DNA of 64,000 bases, taken from positions 4,393 through 68,392 of IMG/VR virus record IMGVR_UViG_3300005764_000016; one strand, given 5' to 3'. The position numbers and the translations under genes are program-made. The notes beneath the pieces are model-generated. The model did no database searches. It worked only from the letters and a program-made list of their open reading frames with translations, and was not told the origin of the DNA. This stretch comes from a virus (lineage: Duplodnaviria > Caudoviricetes). This document shows, piece by piece, positions 62,300-64,000 of the stretch; the stretch's first letter is position 1; each line of letters begins with the position of its first letter.

Positions 62300-62862
62300 T
62301 AGGTGACCTCTTGGGTCGGCTCCACGGGCGGCAGGTCGACGAACCACGCCCGCACGTCCAGCACGTTGCTGGCGATCGTGGTCCAGGCCTTCTGGCAGCG
62401 GTCGGTGTACTGGTAGCGGAACAGGCCGCCGTCGCGATTCTCGCCCAGCAGCCGGTCGTAGCCGTAGGCGAAGCCCTCCTCCGTGTCGTGCAGCACGAAC
62501 ACCTCGACCTTGTCGAGCAGCTCGCGCACCGCGTACTCGCGCTCGATGGGCTGGTTCTGGTCGACCAGGCAGACGCCGAACGTGCCGGCCGGCAGCACGA
62601 CCAAGGACAGAAAAGCCGGCAGCTCGTAGAGCTCCGGCCAGCGGCCGACCAGCCGCAGCTTGTGATGCGCGCTTTCCAGCCCGCGAAACTCGGCCAGCCA
62701 CTGCTCGTTGTTGTCCACGGTAAGGACGTAGCGGCCGGCGGCGTCGGCGAACTCGTGCAACAGCGGCGTCGAGTACCAGCCGACGCCCAGCTCCAGGATC
62801 GGCCCCGTCGTCCGCAGGCAGGCTCCGATCAATAACCGCTGGTGGCTGGCAACGACGTCCAC
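62299..62862 (-). CDS. Methyltransferase-like protein
   Basis: GPILELGVGWYSTPLLH, LVD, LHDTE. Confidence 0.7.
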   Translation of the reverse strand: MDVVASHQRLLIGACLRTTGPILELGVGWYSTPLLHEFADAAGRYVLTVDNNEQWLAEFRGLESAHHKLRLVGRWPELYELPAFLSLVVLPAGTFGVCLVDQNQPIEREYAVRELLDKVEVFVLHDTEEGFAYGYDRLLGENRDGGLFRYQYTDRCQKAWTTIASNVLDVRAWFVDLPPVEPTQEVT

Positions 62863-62896
62863 GGCTCCTTCTCCCGGTGGCCCCGACACGTTGGTC

Positions 62897-63982
62897 TTAC
62901 CCGGCAGCATAGGCACGGCGCAGGTCCTCGATGGCTCCGGCCAGCCGCCGGCCCTGGTGTCGATAATCGTAGAAGTCCACGGCGGCGCCCGCAAAGCCCA
63001 GTTGCCGTTCCTCGTCGTAGCCGGCGACCAGCTCGTCCAGGAGCGGCTTCATCGCCATCGGATCGCGGGCGTAGCGCCCCGGCTCCACGCGCGTCAGGTT
63101 GCCCTCCAGCTGCGGCAGGAGCTCGTCGTCGGGCAAGTCGGTCAGGACGCGGCAGCCGCAGGCGGTGGCCTCGACGATCTTTCTGAGGGCATAGCCCCAC
63201 ACGCTCGACGTGCACACGGCCACGCAGTAACGTGCCAGCGTCTGCAGGTAGGCGGATGTCTGGCAGCCCTGGCGATGGTAGCCGGGATGGGGCAAGACGT
63301 CGATGCCCAACTCGGCGGCGTGGCCGGCCAGGGCCTGCCGGAGCGGATAGGCCCGGCTGAGCGCTCCCGACAGGATCGTGCCCCGGCGGCCCCCCTGAAA
63401 GGGCGGCACCAGGTCGGCGTCGAGCGAGTGATAGGTGCGCACCAGGTGCTCGGGGCGCACGAACGGGCAGAGGCGGGCCACGATCTGGGGATGGTAGTAG
63501 ACGATCCAGGCATGACAGCCGATCTCCAGCGCGGCCTCGCGGTGCAGGGCGTAGTCGTTCTGCGCGTCCTTGAGCACGGTGAGCTTGAACACGTCGCTGC
63601 GGCGGGCCAGCGCGCCCACGTCGTGGAAGCGCCAGCGCGGGTCCTGGCTGCGGTCGGCCGTCAGGCCCAGCCACTCGCGCTTGTCCTGGATCACGACCAC
63701 GCCCGGCTCGAAGGCGCGCAGGAGCGCAGGCACGTCGGTGGAGTTGGCCCGCGTCGAGCCGGGCGGGCGTAGGGGATGCTCGGCCACGTCGTGGCCGGCG
63801 AGGTAATAGCCGCCCGCTTCCAGCGCCAGGAACAGCTGCCAGCCCTCGTCGGTCGTGTGCCGGGCCATGCTCTCGACGGCCAGGCCCAGGCCGCGGCCTT
63901 GGGTGCCGTCGTAGCGCGGCGCGGGCAGCGGGTAGTCGGGCCGCTGCGGCAGAGTCGCCAGGACGTCGGCTACGGTGCGCAT
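62897..63982 (-). CDS. GT-B (CgeB-like) glycosyltransferase
   Basis: ILSGALSRAYPLR, YALRKIVEATACGCRVLTD. Confidence 0.7.
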   Translation of the reverse strand: MRTVADVLATLPQRPDYPLPAPRYDGTQGRGLGLAVESMARHTTDEGWQLFLALEAGGYYLAGHDVAEHPLRPPGSTRANSTDVPALLRAFEPGVVVIQDKREWLGLTADRSQDPRWRFHDVGALARRSDVFKLTVLKDAQNDYALHREAALEIGCHAWIVYYHPQIVARLCPFVRPEHLVRTYHSLDADLVPPFQGGRRGTILSGALSRAYPLRQALAGHAAELGIDVLPHPGYHRQGCQTSAYLQTLARYCVAVCTSSVWGYALRKIVEATACGCRVLTDLPDDELLPQLEGNLTRVEPGRYARDPMAMKPLLDELVAGYDEERQLGFAGAAVDFYDYRHQGRRLAGAIEDLRRAYAAG

Positions 63983-64000
63983 CGAAAGGCGCTCATGGAG

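Noticed and set aside
56250-64000. Host chromosome beyond a prophage boundary
   Set aside because: The att site looks like an intact symmetric attP and the genes remain phage-like (T5orf172, HNH, compact operon); more consistent with a permuted phage genome, though not proven

Overview
The window is a GC-rich, temperate, siphovirus-like phage genome segment, mostly encoded on the minus strand and apparently unintegrated, since a candidate attP is intact. A Planctomycetota host is inferred from gene style and is not proven. From left to right it carries: tail genes (tape measure, frameshifted tail chaperone, tail tube), head-tail genes, four envelope-type proteins including a heme-c lipoprotein, an HK97-fold capsid, a 1100-aa DUF2213 protease/scaffold polyprotein, a multi-domain MuF protein, fibre/lectin genes, portal, and terminase. 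These are followed by early, replication and DNA-modification genes, divergent promoters with small regulators, tRNA-Arg(UCU), an integrase with attP, and a glycosyltransferase/methyltransferase/radical-SAM cluster. The main discovery is an RNA-guided-type system. A catalytic-domain-less Nop/IS110-like protein (14032-14928) is sandwiched between two dual-repeat arrays with a 37-nt period (two alternating repeats, each followed by an 8-9 nt spacer). Two more orphan arrays of the same type lie at about 31.2-31.5 kb and 52.0-52.2 kb, for 26 units in total. This matches the TIGR-Tas (TasA) architecture. A second notable system is a set of virion polyproteins whose enzyme modules (GNAT, C39 peptidase, kinase, ParB-like) are delimited by a recurring Asn site followed by an EAxxKAWxxR helix. 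All annotations come from motif recognition by eye; no database searches were run.
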